Of a DNA stretch of 64,000 nt, positions 27,875 to 41,723 are shown in pieces (the stretch's first letter is position 1; the number at the start of each line of letters is the position of its first letter). The DNA lies in NCBI GenBank assembly GCA_028023455.1, contig JAQFVV010000007.1, positions 3,162,001-3,226,000 of the forward strand. Direction: 5' to 3'. The notes under the pieces were generated by a model, which saw only the letters and a list, made by a program, of their open reading frames with translations, was not told the origin of the DNA and made no database searches. The stretch comes from Epiperipatus broadwayi. Its lineage: Eukaryota > Animalia > Onychophora. The position numbers were made by a program, and so were the translations under genes.

Positions 27875-30162
27875 TTAACCCAATAATGCCTAATAAAAAC
27901 CCAGTGAATAAAAATCATTATTTTATATGCAAAGTTAAAGAATATGATACACATTTTTAAAAAATGTCAAAATATATATATTTCATTATAAATTTTACAA
28001 AAAATGGGCATCCTCAAATGAAGACATTAGGCAGATATGTGACATTTTTCAAAGCAATGCACATTGTCTTTTTATACTTTTTGCAAGACCGCCAAGCTTT
28101 CTTGTGGCTCATACAACATTTTAACTGCCTATCCAGTTTGTCTGGAAAAGGATAGCCTTTGGTAATTTCAATACTTGAACTGGCGTTCCTTTTTTATGTG
28201 TTCTTGAAGCAACACTATCTTTCAAATAGGTGAATACTATGCTATGGCAAATTCTAACTGATTTATTTAGTTACTGAAATCTGATGCACCTTCCAAGCAT
28301 TTGCCATCATCATATCCAGACAATAATTAAGCAAAACCCACCACCACCCCTCTAATTGAAATCCTGATATACAGAAATATATTAATCATGTGAATCTACA
28401 CACTCCATATTGTATTGTATGAAGAAAATAATTTTGGTTGGGGTATATTTAATTCTGATTTTCTATTTTTAGACCAATGTTTGACTTGTAATGGTTTAAC
28501 AAAATCATAATTTGTTACAATAGAACAACAAATATTATTATCTTTCCACTTTACACATATTTTATTATTTTCTTCGAACCTATGGTCGTATGCATATCTT
28601 TCCATTTTTTTCATTACTTTAGAATCTTTAATGGGACATTTCTGTAATCTGTTATCTCTTACAATTCCAGTTGCTTTTACATTTTTCTTTTTTAGATAAA
28701 TCATCAATGGATAGACTGTAAAATAGTTGTTGAAAAAAATTTCATGTTTTGATGTTTCTGGTAAATTTTTCAAAAGGTTGGTAATTATCCTGCCTAGTGG
28801 TCTACCTTTAGTAGATTCTGTTTTGCACTGCTTTTTTCCACAGTATAAATCAAAAGTGTAGCAATAACCAGAAAAACTACCGATCATCCAGTTCTTATAT
28901 CTAAATCTAATCAGTTTTCCTCTTATAAATTGTTTAATTGGATTATGACCAAATTATTTTACCATTGATTCATCTATAGACATATCTTTATGAAAACAAT
29001 CCCACTGACAAAATTTTTTTATGAGCTTGTCTCTTATTTTAAACATCCAATCATGAGAGTTTTCAATCTTATCATTGTCAGCCAGATGCACAAATCTTTT
29101 TATTTCAAAGTATCTGTCTTTTGACATGGTGTTAAAAACACAAGATACTCGCAAATCTTCATCAAGTGACCAGTATAATCACCCCTGTGGCAACTGATGG
29201 CATCCAATTACAAAGAAAATTGTGAAAAATGTTCTCATTTCCTCGAGCTGTATAATAAAATTATATTTATTTTCTTTGACAAGAGTGGATTATAGTTTGT
29301 TCACAGATATAAGTAATAATATCATCACTAAGAAATTCTTCAAAAATGTTTCAGGGCAATAAATCTTTTAAATCATCTTTTACATTGTTTAATTCATCAA
29401 CAAATTCACCTCTTTCATGCAATTCAAAATGGGGATATTCAGGATGCTTTTTTTATCCACTCTAGTCTCTCAAATTCTGTGTATTCTTTTATTGAAAATT
29501 CAAATGTTTGGTCCTGAAGACTCCCTTCATTTACATTGACATTAGAAGTAATAACAGTAGTTTCAATGGTACCAGGAATTTCATTTGGAATGAAATTTGG
29601 ATCATCAATAACAACATCATCAAATTCTTCACAGTCTGTAAGTTCATTTAAATTTGGAGGAACTATACGTAACTCCACACTTTCAGCTTCATCATATTCT
29701 TTACCATGGAGGTCAACTAAAATTTGTTCCAATTGTGGAAATTCTTTTATTCCATAATATGTTTTTGGGCCCATAATAAGTGATTGTCAACACTTTTATA
29801 TGAAAAGAAAAAATATAACAAATTATATAATGGTAACATCTAATGTCCTCATTTGAGGATGGTAAGATTTAATGACAATCAAATATCACTAATTGTAAAA
29901 ATAATGAAATCAAATAAATACTTACAGTTAGAATGATACATCAGCTGCTAAATATCGAATTTCAACTCTTGTTAAAAAAATTTCAGAATTTGGAAATATA
30001 TTTTTTAGAAATGCACTTGTTTGAGCACAAAAAACCTCCAACACTGACCAGTTTAAAATATTAATCATGATATTTAACTCAAACAAAAGCGACTGATTCA
30101 TAAGTCTTGCACCAGTAGGCTTATTTTTTCAGGTGTCCTCAAATGAATACAGCCAGTGTTAA
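27875..30162 (-). mobile_element. Decayed piggyBac DNA transposon (PGBD2/3-like transposase), TTAA at both ends
   Basis: ORF fragments 29774-29439, 29154-28954 (MSKDRYFEIKRFVHLADN...MSIDESMVK) and 28887-28396 (YTFDLYCGK...IFFNNYFT...ATGIVRDNRL...KWKDN), plus ISIRG..WW and a Cys-rich tail ending ~28028. TTAA at 27875-27878 and 30159-30162. 22-bp subterminal inverted repeats at 28009-28030 and 29840-29861. Confidence 0.9.
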
Positions 30163-31181
30163 TGGATTAACTTAAAAAATTGTTAAAGATAATAACTTTG
30201 TTTTAATACCCATTCTAGTTTACTTATTTAATTCTTTTTTTTATTATTTGTCAATATTTAAATATTGGCATTACCAAATGCATATATATATATATATATA
30301 TATATATTCTTGTATCATCATTGCCACTGTCAAATTCCAATAACAATAACAACAACGAACAAAAAAAATTATAAATAAATCCCATATCAAAATCAAACCA
30401 AAGACTGTAAACATAAAAAAAAAATCTTTGCAATCTAGGAACTACTGCAGGCTAAGAAAAGACTCTGATGCTATATCCCTCATCTCGATCCATAAGCAAA
30501 ACAAAACCATCACCATAGAAAATACTCCCATCCCAGACCATTAATAATTCAAACCTCATATGGAAAGATGAAAGGAAATTCCTTCTCTCAAGAAATATCC
30601 ACATAAACATAAATATACACACATCTTTTCCCCAGACTTTTTTATATTTTTTATGACAATATGACATTTGATGTAAAGGGCGGGTCTTTCCAACTGTTAC
30701 ACACACACACACATATATATATATGATAACTGTGAAGGAAAGCAATATTATTTGTAAAAGAGAAAAAGGAAAATGATAACAGGTGCTGAAGAAAGAACTG
30801 TAATAACTCCAAACTTTATTTTCTATTATATGATCAGACTTCATGAAGCAATCATTCTGATGAAATATATTTTGTTTGAAATAATTTTAATTTAAAGTGA
30901 ATAAATGCAAAAATTTATTTTCTTGATGTTTGGATTTATAATGCATTGATATCGAGTTCTATTTTCCAGAATAATCTACAAAATATTCTTAATCTGCATA
31001 GACTTGAGTTACAATAACTAAGAACACTGGTGATTTTATCAATACAAGGGTTATCATCTTGAAAATGTAAATCCATTTAATCATCTTGACAGTTTTTAAG
31101 ATTAAAAAGGCAGATTTGGATGTTGGGTGCAACACAGGTTCCAATGTGCTGTTACTAATGCATTTATAAAGTTAAAAGAGA

Positions 31182-31617
31182 ATGATAATATGTTGGACTA
31201 TTTCCTTCAATTGTCATTAAATGTTGAATGTCTAGAAAATTTTAAACTTGATTTAAAATTTTCAAATAGTAAAAACATAGAATTAGACAATACAAGTTAA
31301 TAGATTACACAATGTTTCAAGTGGTATTAGTCTCTATTCTCTCTCAGGTGTTGCCTTCAACAGAATAGCAAAGTGTTGTTCTTAAAATTCAATATTCAAG
31401 AATCTAAAGGTGTAAGTTCAACTCCTATGCTCTTATTGTTACTGGTCAGGCCACAACATCTGAAGAAGATCGGAGAATAATATCACTTGAAACATTGTGT
31501 AATCTACTAACCTGTGTTATCTATTTGTGTTACTAGTAACTGTTGTTTGAATTTAAAAAGTTTCTAGTATTTCCACATTTAACAACAGATGATGAAAATA
31601 GTCCAACATATTATCAT
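31182..31617 (+). mobile_element. TIR element with tRNA-like internal head and hammerhead-like core (copy 1)
   Basis: Terminal inverted repeat atgataatatgttggactattt / aaatagtccaacatattatcat. B-box-like GTTCAACTCC at 31416-31425. CTGAAGA at 31460-31466 and GAAA at 31489-31492. Confidence 0.7.
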
Positions 31618-31859
31618 ATCTAAAATGTCATCATCACAAACCTTAAGTTAAAAGAAAGTATTTTATTAAGATCTAACTACAAGTAAATTGGTTATATACA
31701 GAAATAGTATATACAAGCACATTAACATGCTAGGTGAAGTTTATTGGAGAAGTATACTAAATTATTTTTATATACAGAAATGTTATTTAGCTAAATTTAT
31801 TGTATAAAAGCAAGATGCGTCTTTTCTGTCATCTTAACATAAAAACAATGGATAAATGT

Positions 31860-32260
31860 CACTTAAACATGCTTGGTAATATTATGAAATGATGATGGTA
31901 AAATTATAAGACAAATTAGGATGTTCTTCACTAAGCCCATTTCTGTTGGATTAGACATATGATATAGATAAAGAATAAGGGACTTCTTTATAAAGTATAT
32001 TTTATGGTGATCTTGAGCATAGTTTTCATGGACAAAACACCTCAAATATACTCTAAAAACATGCAACATTGATTGTTTTCATTGAAAAAACATAGGCAAC
32101 AGTAGAATACATTGGGAAAGTACAATTAGACTAATTGTTTAAGTCAGTTGATGAAGTTCAGACATAGTATTGCAAGATATTAAACAAACAGAAGAAGCAA
32201 GCATTCGTAATACATATTTCCAGTTCATCGCATATTACTGCAAAATTCATATCCAACTTT
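31860..32260 (+). mobile_element. RTE-like LINE 3-prime remnant
   Basis: Degenerate match to the WLGHIMRM...RIPRQ...KRDLK region; many stops. Confidence 0.35.
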
Positions 32261-33407
32261 TTTTTTTTACTTTTGCCATTTTCTCAATTTTTCTTCTGTA
32301 GTTAAGACAATCATCCTTATTATAAGTTAGTGTACTACTGAATAAATGAACAAATTAAAAAATTATGCTGACCATGTGTGTTTCATATATAGCAGTGATT
32401 TTCTTACCTATAATCAGTTTTTATTCTGTGGAATTTGATGGTTTTATAATTGCAGATTCAATTATAGACTTGCTACTATAAAACATTAATTTGTTTGTAA
32501 CTGTGATTATGACAATTTTTACCCTACTTTTGTCTATTATCAAATAAATTATTATTCAATTAGCTGTCAATTATTAATTTTATTGCAAGATTTTATTAAT
32601 AATAAGTGACCTAAACAGAATGTTAATAAATGTACTAATATCTTATTTAATTCTCTTCCATAGACTTTTAATTTTATAAACAAATGTGATTTTTTAAAGC
32701 AATATCCAAAGGCAAGTTGGATAACTATGCAATAGAATATTGATTTGATGCAGCAGTAGAATGGCAAATTCTTCAGTCCAAATGCCCTGAATCAGAGGTT
32801 AGATCTGTCACTTCTAGTTCAAGCAATAAAGTCTTTAAATTTAGTTATCATCATCAATAATGTTTTTGTCATTGCATGCCCTTTTAACATAACATATTCT
32901 AGCATGTCAATATTTAGAGCAACATTATAAATATTAACAATCCTTTACATCATAAAAATCCATATATTTATAATAGTTACAGAAAATCTTTGCTCATTTA
33001 TTACCCAACTTATAATCCATTTTCAGAAACCATCACTTAAGCCCATTAAATAGTAATATATTGTGGTACATAATTTTTATTTATAAAACCAAATAGTAAT
33101 ATATTGTGTTACATAGTTTTTATTTATAAAACCTTGCATACAGCTATTATTTAACAATTTATTCTGTATAAATAATTTTTATTTAGTAACAATAATTTAT
33201 TTAATAATTAGAGAAAAAAGTCAATTACAGAATATAACATTTTCAATTTTTTAATGAGATTATTAAATCAAAATATTAAAAATATGTTTGTATATGTAGA
33301 TAGATCCTATACAACAATCCTCTCATATAATGTATAAATGGTTCAAAGTACACTTTCCCCCACTAAATTAAGATTCAAATGCAAACTATATAATAAATTT
33401 GTTTTGA

Positions 33408-34096
33408 ACATGACCCACAACTCTCCACACTATCTCATAACACTGATACACCTGAACACACATATGTCGAAAAGATAAATAATCACCAATATACGTATTT
33501 CATGCTAAACCAGCAATCATCAGTTGGTCCAGATTACCATCTCTACACATATATGCTACAAGTGCTCAGATATATATTAAGATAGCAAATCCTCCTACTT
33601 TAATGGACAGGCTTCAATCTACTCTACACTCCAACTCTTCAAATGTCCATCCAATTGAAAATCTGATGATGGAACGCTCAAAGGCCACCCTGAAGCCGAG
33701 ATTATTGTCACACCCATGTTGACCTAAAGTCAATATTTAATGGATTAGGTCCTGTACATTAGGGGTCAGATTGACTTTAGGTCAACATGGGTGTGACAAT
33801 AATCTCGGCTTCAGGGTGGCCTTTGAGCGTTCCATCATCAGATTTTCAATTGGATGGACAGTTGAAGAGTTGGAGTGTGGAGTAGATTGAAGCCTGTCCA
33901 TTAAAGTAGGAGGATTTGCTATCTTAATATATATCTGAGCACTTGTAGCATATATGTGTAGAGATGGTAATCTGGACCAACTGATGATTGCTGGTTTAGC
34001 ATGAAATACGTATATTGGTGATTATTTATCTTTTCGACATATGTATGTTCAGGTGTATCAGTGTTATGAGATAGTGTGGAGAGTGGTGGGTCATGT
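33408..34096. repeat. Long near-perfect inverted repeat (327-bp arms, 35-bp spacer)
   Basis: 33408-33734 is the reverse complement of 33770-34096, with 4 mismatches counted by eye. Confidence 0.97.
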
Positions 34097-36779
34097 GAAA
34101 GTCTGTGCTCATACCCTGTCTATTACATATATGGACACAGGTATATATAAACCTGTGTATTTCAGCTAATATATTCTTTAATTAAATTTAATAATGAAAC
34201 ATATAAGTTCATAAATTACAATGTTAAAGTGAATTAAACTTTGTGTGCTCTCTAGAAATAAATGCATTTAAAAATGAATAATGTTAAATGTTCATATTAA
34301 TTTTAAATAATGATTAAATAAAATTAAATCAGGTTTAAATTGTACAATTCATTTTTACTATATAATATTTATTTTGAGAGAGAAAAAAGCTTAACTTTCT
34401 GTTAGTTACTAACATGGTGTAGTCTGTTTTCATTGTAATGTTGAATATGAAATGCTAATCAACAAATGCATAACAAACATCAGTGGCTGATGTAGTATAC
34501 ACAGATGCAAGATGTTTTAGATCATTTCTGCTTATTTATATTTCTCATATTCTGAAGAATTTTGTTACAAATTTACTTGTGACTTCAGTATTGAAAATAT
34601 TACACATTTTTAAAAATTATTCTGCTAAGTACCATATTGTATAAACTTACCCAAGAACCAGAAAAATGAATTTGAAAAACTAATACAGACTCAAATGACA
34701 ATTTTCAAATCTGAGAGTGATAAAACTATTACAGATTTGAATAAGAATATGAAATGTCTTTTTAAAATTTAAGAATAAAATAAAAAGTGTACAAACTATG
34801 AAGGGAATTTCAACATTAAGCAGTTAATATCACAGAATAAATGTAAATGGCAGATGATATTAGAGTAACATTGTTAATGCTTTTCAAAGTTTGATTTTAG
34901 TTGTCACTAAAATTGAGCTTGCAAATTTAAATATACAATACTGGTACAAAAGTTAAATAAAGTACATTAATTTTATGTTTATATTTTTGATTATAAATTA
35001 CATTTTTCTTAATTTAAGTGTTTTTTCTATTAGATGGCAATTTTGCTCTAGAATATGAGCATGAAATATATTACTCCTAAATACATGCATTTCAATGTAT
35101 CATTGAAAGAAAGGATCACTTAATAAATATGCATCTGGAACAAATTATGTTTATTGGATGGAATTCCACTATATATATATATATATATCTGCCCTATGAT
35201 TTTTGTCCCATAATAACCCGATAAAAATACATCATTAAATTTTAATTATATTTCATTTGCTTATATATTTCTTAATAAAAGAAACAAGTTTTAGAAGATG
35301 TAGCCTATTGTATATATAAGTACAAATCCAATTATCTGTTGTTTATCCTTCACAATCTTAGTCCTAATTGAAAGACTACTGACCTACAGAAATCATGCAA
35401 ATAATTATTTTAACAATTCAGATATTATTACTCTTTTACAACTGATTTTTGATTTTTAAAAAAATGAAATTCAATAAAAGTTACAATATAGCTCTAAATA
35501 TTAACCTTAGAAAAGAATTCGAAAACTACTACAGACAAGAATCAAGTGGTATAGCTTGTTCAGAATACCTTGTTTCCTTTATTTTAAATCTGTTGCTAGA
35601 TGGAGTGCTTAACATACATATAAAATAAATTAAAAAATAATGGTGGAGTACCAAAAAGAATTTAGGAAGAGAAAATACTTAATTATTGTCAATTAATTTT
35701 TTTTTTTTTTGTTTTGTTTATATTTACATAACTAACTGCTACAATGCATTTATTGTGTCAACATTTGTCTAGTTTTCTAACAAAGTTGATGAAGAGTTAC
35801 ATTATAGAAGTTAATTATAAGATTGCCATGCCACAATTGGGTTCAGAGAAGGTTCCCAAATTTTTCATATAATTAAAGAATTCCCAAGAAAGCCTAGGGT
35901 TTTCAAATGACCAGTTAAAGCAAATCAACAAACATTAGTCATGACATGACATTTAGTTATTCCAAATATAAAAACTTTGTAATTTTTTTAGAATGACAAG
36001 TTGAAATGGAGCAGAGCAATATTAGATCCACCATCAAAAATATTAAAGACAGTATTATTACAAATTTTATACAAAGACATCCTATTGCTGTGATTTTTGT
36101 TGTTTTGTCATTTAGTATGTTCCTAATTAAATAATTTTCATTTTTAAAAATATAGTCTTAGTTTTACATATGTTAGAGTGAATCTTCACTATTGTTTTAA
36201 ATATATTAAGAATGTATATTATTTATTCAAATTCTGACAGAATATTTTATAAATTATAAACATTTCAAAAATTATCACTATTCACAAAATCACATTTTTA
36301 ACATTTTTAAAAAAGAAATTTAAAAAATGCAAAAAAAAAAAGGATAGTCTAAAAATAGAGCAAAGACTCAACAATTTTCATTGTAATTGAAAGATTATAT
36401 TTTTATAAATATTTTTTGCTACAAATAATTTTTTAAAAAGTCAAACATTAATTTTTATTTTGTTAAATTACTGTATTTACAAGGTGTATGAATTTTCTTT
36501 TAACTGAAATCAATTATTTCCAATTTATTTGCTACTTGGAAAGATTGATGTGATAAAGCCATATGTGATGCATAGTTAACAAAAAAAAAAAAATCAATTT
36601 TTGAAAAAAATAAGATAAATTGGTGGCGAGAGCAAAAGGGAAATCTGCAAAAGATGAAATAAAAGGGAGGAAAAAAGATATTAAATAAGAGAAATAGATA
36701 TACTGCCTCAAAAGTAATAGAGAAAATAAATAGAAAAAATGAACAGATAAATATAAATTGCTCTACTTTCAAATATAGT

Positions 36780-37090
36780 AAAAGAAATGAATAATGCCAG
36801 CCTTCTTAAAAGATGTTTTTATGGTTAACTTGATCAAGGTTTTTGTGGGAGAAGTTGTCTCAAAGACATTCAGTAAAATGCAATGCCAACTGTTTTTATT
36901 GGGAAGATATGGCAGATAATAAAATATGTTGAAGAGCTATAAATGTGGTATTGAAATATTTCAGAAAGAAAGATTTTCTGCTGAAGAAATGAAAAGACAA
37001 AATGGTAAAATATCTCAAGTAAACAGAAATGGACTAGCATGTTCTGTATGTAGATTTATTTGCGGGTAACATACTCATTTGTATAGTCAC
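36780..37090 (+). mobile_element. RTE-type LINE 3-prime end with C2H2 finger remnant
   Basis: Fragments LLKRCFYG and CSVCRFICG*HTHLYSHYKTH match the RTE ORF2 terminal zinc finger. Confidence 0.55.
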
Positions 37091-38065
37091 TACAAAACTC
37101 ATTTCTCGAGTAGTTAGTTTTTTTTCTCTTTCTCATTCCTGTCTTCTTTTTCTTTCTTTCTTTTTTTTTTTTTTGAGTTATAATGGCCATACTCATTTAC
37201 AAGTAGTTGTTTATTATTATTTATATGTTATGAGTAACATCATACACATGTAAAGTTTGGTGCTTATAAAACAATGCAATTACTAATTTTCTATGCTGAT
37301 GTAATTAAAAACAATCAATCTGTTGTTAATAGTTATTTAAATAAATAATAAAATAGACTATTGTCAATTAATTAATGAAAAGCATAAAAAATACTATTAA
37401 TAATAAATATCATCAATATTCATCAGATTAAAAGAAATATTATATTACTTGATAAAATTGAACTGATTCTTTTAGATTATTATTCACAAATTATTATATC
37501 CTTTTTCTACTAAATACTTTTTCTAGAAATCTTAAATCACTCTCATTATTATCAGGTTATACTGTACTCTGAAAACAAAATCAAAAGTTTGCAAAATAAT
37601 ATAATTTAAATTTCAATCCATCATTTTTCAATGAATGGCAAATAACAAACATGAAAGAATGATAATATGAAGGAATTAAAAATTATTAATAAAAACAACT
37701 TAATGATTATTTAATTAAATATATGTAAAGTACAACTCAGATTTTTTTATTTAAAATATTTTACATCTATCACTTGCACAATATGTGTGTGCATGTACAC
37801 ATAACTTTAAAACCACATCGCAATAATTATCATGTATAACTTACAAAGCTAAAAGGTTAATTAATCCTAATTTTATAAATAACAAAACAAGAAAAATCTT
37901 AAAATCAGTTCAAAATTTTAAAACACAATTTATTTTTAAAACTCTTTGACTAATACCTATTTTTATCAGACCTCCATTGCACTGTCATTTATCTATAAGC
38001 AGAGGTGTGTGCAATGCAGTCCCTTGAAAGGTTTACTTTTTGTCAGCATTTACTATGAATCTTAC

Positions 38066-38119
38066 CATAAAATTTGATATAACCTCAAGTTTACAATTTT
38101 GTTCTTTTTCTTCTTTTAT
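38066..38119 (-). CDS. Candidate 54-nt phase-0 exon (IKEEKEQNCKLEVISNFM)
   Basis: Canonical ttttattag| acceptor and |gtaag donor; open in one frame only. Protein not recognised. Confidence 0.25.
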
Positions 38120-41100
38120 CTAATAAAATAAATACTTTAATATATAAGGAATAAAATAATAACAGAAGTAAAATATAATACATCAGATTTAAAAAATGGC
38201 ATATTTGAATATGCACAGAAATGCTTATAATAAATTTAAATTTTTATGTAAGTGCTCAAAACCATCTTTGATGAAACATTAGTCTTGACAATAACATTTT
38301 CAATATTTTACTTACTTCAATGAAAAGATGGAAAATAAAAGTATTATTTCAAAAAGACTATCCAGGAGAGAAAATACTGTGTTGAAACATGATTGACAGA
38401 ATAAAATAGTAGTTCAAATCAAAAAGAAAAAGAAAATGAGCATGAATTTCTACAATGCTGCTTCTGGAATCAAAGATAGAAGATAAAGATGCAAGAAAAA
38501 ATATTTGCTGGAAGAATGGATAAAGATTTCAGCATAGTTGTAAAACTCAATGCTCATATTGTATCCAATTATGGTGAATAAAAATGAAGATTTGAAATTA
38601 AATTGTTATATATTGTGAATAAATATTTTCAAATATACATTTTCAGAAATAAAATATCATACAAAAAAAAAAAAAAAAACTATTTGCTTAAAACAAAAAA
38701 ATATTGTTTTTTTTTTCTTTACAAGAGTTAAGCCTTGTTCATATCTAACAATAATAAAGTTATAAAAAGTTTCATTTTAATGGAAGCATACACATTCCTA
38801 AATTAAAATAGTATTGCAACATGTGATAAACAGAATAATAGGAATTTCAAAACCGTAAAGCCATCAAGAACTAATTATATTAAATGTAGGTGAAATTCAT
38901 TAATATGAAAATCATATTTAGAGAAATAGTAGACACTTTCTTTATGGAAATAAAAACACATTAAATTCTCTATCTAAGAAATCATTCTTTTCAAAAAATG
39001 ACTTATAGGTAATATTTAGTTGAGTGATCAGAAAGACATGGCAATATTGTGACATCATCTTAAGGTTCTCAGTCCAATGTTTTGACTGGGTGTAAGAAGT
39101 ATGTGTTGTCTATAAAGAATGTTTGCATTGTAGAATAAATCTGATTTCCAAAATATATTACTGAAGCATATAACATAAGAAATGAACCAAAAAAGAGTGC
39201 CAAGACTGTTCCATCACAGCAAGAAAAAAGCAGATCTGGAAAGATAAGATATTTTTAGTCATCATCAGACAAATTCTTGGGAAGGTAGAGATGATATGTT
39301 TTAGTTATCCATTGTTTAATTTTTATTTTTATGATATAACTGATTTTGCAGTGTAATATTTGCATTAAAAAACAGTGAATGTATATCTTTATAATAACTT
39401 GTTCTGCCGTGTTTTTATGGTGTTTTTTGGCTCTAATCTTTTTGAATATTCAACAATGTTTCTTGCTAAAAGATTCATGACCATATAGCTTCTAGCATGT
39501 TTTGACAGTTCATATTTAGTGAATGCAATCTTCAGTTAAAGATTGTCAATCTTGAAACTTATAACATCATCAGTTTTAGACATTAATGTCACAGAAAGCA
39601 CTAAAAATATATCCATTTAAAACTCAGATTTAATATTTCTTTTCTTTTAAGCTTCCAGTCAGATACTCCATACCATTTCACCATACATGTGTTTTATTTT
39701 GTTTGTTTTTTAAAAAAGTAAATGTATTTCCATTTTTATGTTACAAAATGCCAAAAATATGGTTCCAAATTAAAATACCTAGTCCATATCCTTATACAGT
39801 GCATATACTTTTTACAAAAACTATTTCACTCCATTAATATTTAAAACAAAAAATTCATTTTAATACTTAAATAAAATAAAAAATAAATTTAAAGATATGT
39901 AATGGTGTTAAATGAAATTCTAAAAATAATTTGTTTACATAAAAGAAATAATTAGCCTACCTGTCACTATTTTATTGTTTCCTTCCGAAATAAATAAAAG
40001 TTTCAAACAAAAATATTCAAAATAAATATATTTTTTTTATAAAAAGATTTTTATATTAAGGATATTCTATTCTATGTAAAACTAGAAACCCTTATGGCAT
40101 AGTAGTTAACATATCTTTCTGCCATACCCATGATTTGGAATTTGAATGTAATAAATTTTGGAAATTGATTCAGGTTTCTTTTAGATAGTCAGTTTCACAG
40201 CCAAGTTAGCTAGTCATTCAGTATTAAATTAAAGATCTTAGGCTAATCTGTGCTAATCACATGAATGTTGAGCTAAATGTAAAAATAAAAATACTACAGT
40301 AATGTCAGAGATTTTATTGCTAATGGGAAACTGTTATATTCAAGTAGTTTACCATATATTTTTTACACCTAAAAGTATTTAATGTTAACTGTATTAACAT
40401 TCTTTTCAAATCTCTTATACTTTGACTGGAATTTTTTTCATGGAAAGAAATATTTGTATTAACTCTTTCAGATAACTCACATATTTTGACCATAATTGTT
40501 ATTTTCCAGCACAATTTGTTTGTCTTCCTGCTATTTCATTATATCCATTTAATTTCAGTGCTGGCCATCATATTTTTTCTGTATTCAATAGGTTGAAAAA
40601 ATTTAATTTCATCTTTTTTTGTAACAATCGTTTTTTTTTCTAAACTTTAAAATATTTGTTACATTTAAAAAATAACATTTATATGTGTGTATTTTGTTTG
40701 TTTTTTTAATTATTAAAATATGATAATGTGAGACAAAAAACAAGCAAATAAACATATTAATTTTAAATAAATTACATTGAAAAAGCTTTTGAAAAATAAT
40801 TCATTTTTGTTTCAGGAGATATAGATATAAATATATGAAAAAAATATTTTTTTTTAATAGAGTAATAAATTAGGTCTGAATATCTCACTTAATAACAATA
40901 TAAAAAAATTAAAGGCTTGTGTGTTAAACAGTAATATATATATATAATTTAAGTCTACAGACAGTCTCAATTGAGGTGATATTCATAATAACAGGATTGA
41001 TGCTAGATAAATGTAATGAATGTTTTTTAAATGATGCTAAGAGAAAAAAAAAAAAAATTATAAATGATTTCTGTAATGTCTTTTCAACTGAATTAAAACC

Positions 41101-41515
41101 CTATATGGTTCTGCACAGACAAAGTGGCAGATTTAAGAGGTAAAAATCCTGCCTGTCCAAACTTTGAAACAATTTGATAACATTTAAGCTTTTACAAAAT
41201 TTCTCACCAACTAGTTAACAATTACAGTAAACATTTTAATAAAAAAAAGTTTTTGTGAACAATACAAAGTGTCTGGAGCTAATAAATATTAAACACTCAT
41301 ACTGTGAAGAGATGCCAGTGAGCTTGCATTGCAAATGAAAAGCTTTATTTATCTTTGTATTATTTATTGTTACAAAATAATTATGCATTCATTTATATTT
41401 AGATTTTATTGAATTTTAGTAACTTTTTAAAGCAAATTAGTGAGATAAAATTATGTTCATATCAGAGAATAAAGGATACTTTAGTATTATTTAACTGATG
41501 ACGTTTTACACTTAC

Positions 41516-41723
41516 CGATTTTCCTTCCGGTAGATGTCGTCGATGATAACATGACAACGTTGTCATGACAACCAAGATATTGGCATGATTAATCCATGGG
41601 AGAGTCAATTTTTGGATTTTTTTTGACCCGCAAGATTTAAAAATCGGAGAGAGCTTTGGGGAATTTTGTCATTTGTCTGTCTTTTGTGATTTTGCTATCA
41701 GTCCACTGCAGTGAACGCTATTT
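41516..41723. promoter_or_regulatory. Divergent promoter with an RFX X-box
   Basis: Perfect palindromic GTTGTCATGACAAC at 41559-41572, with an adjacent weaker site at 41545-41558. CpG-retaining. Outward-facing donors: G|GTAAGT on minus (41515-41510) and GTAAGT on plus (41724-41729). Confidence 0.6.

Noticed and set aside
33657-33710. Hammerhead ribozyme in the long hairpin arm (CTGATGA at 33663)
   Set aside because: No GAAA follows a stem II. The upstream GAAA is only 2 nt from the core, leaving no room for stems I and III.
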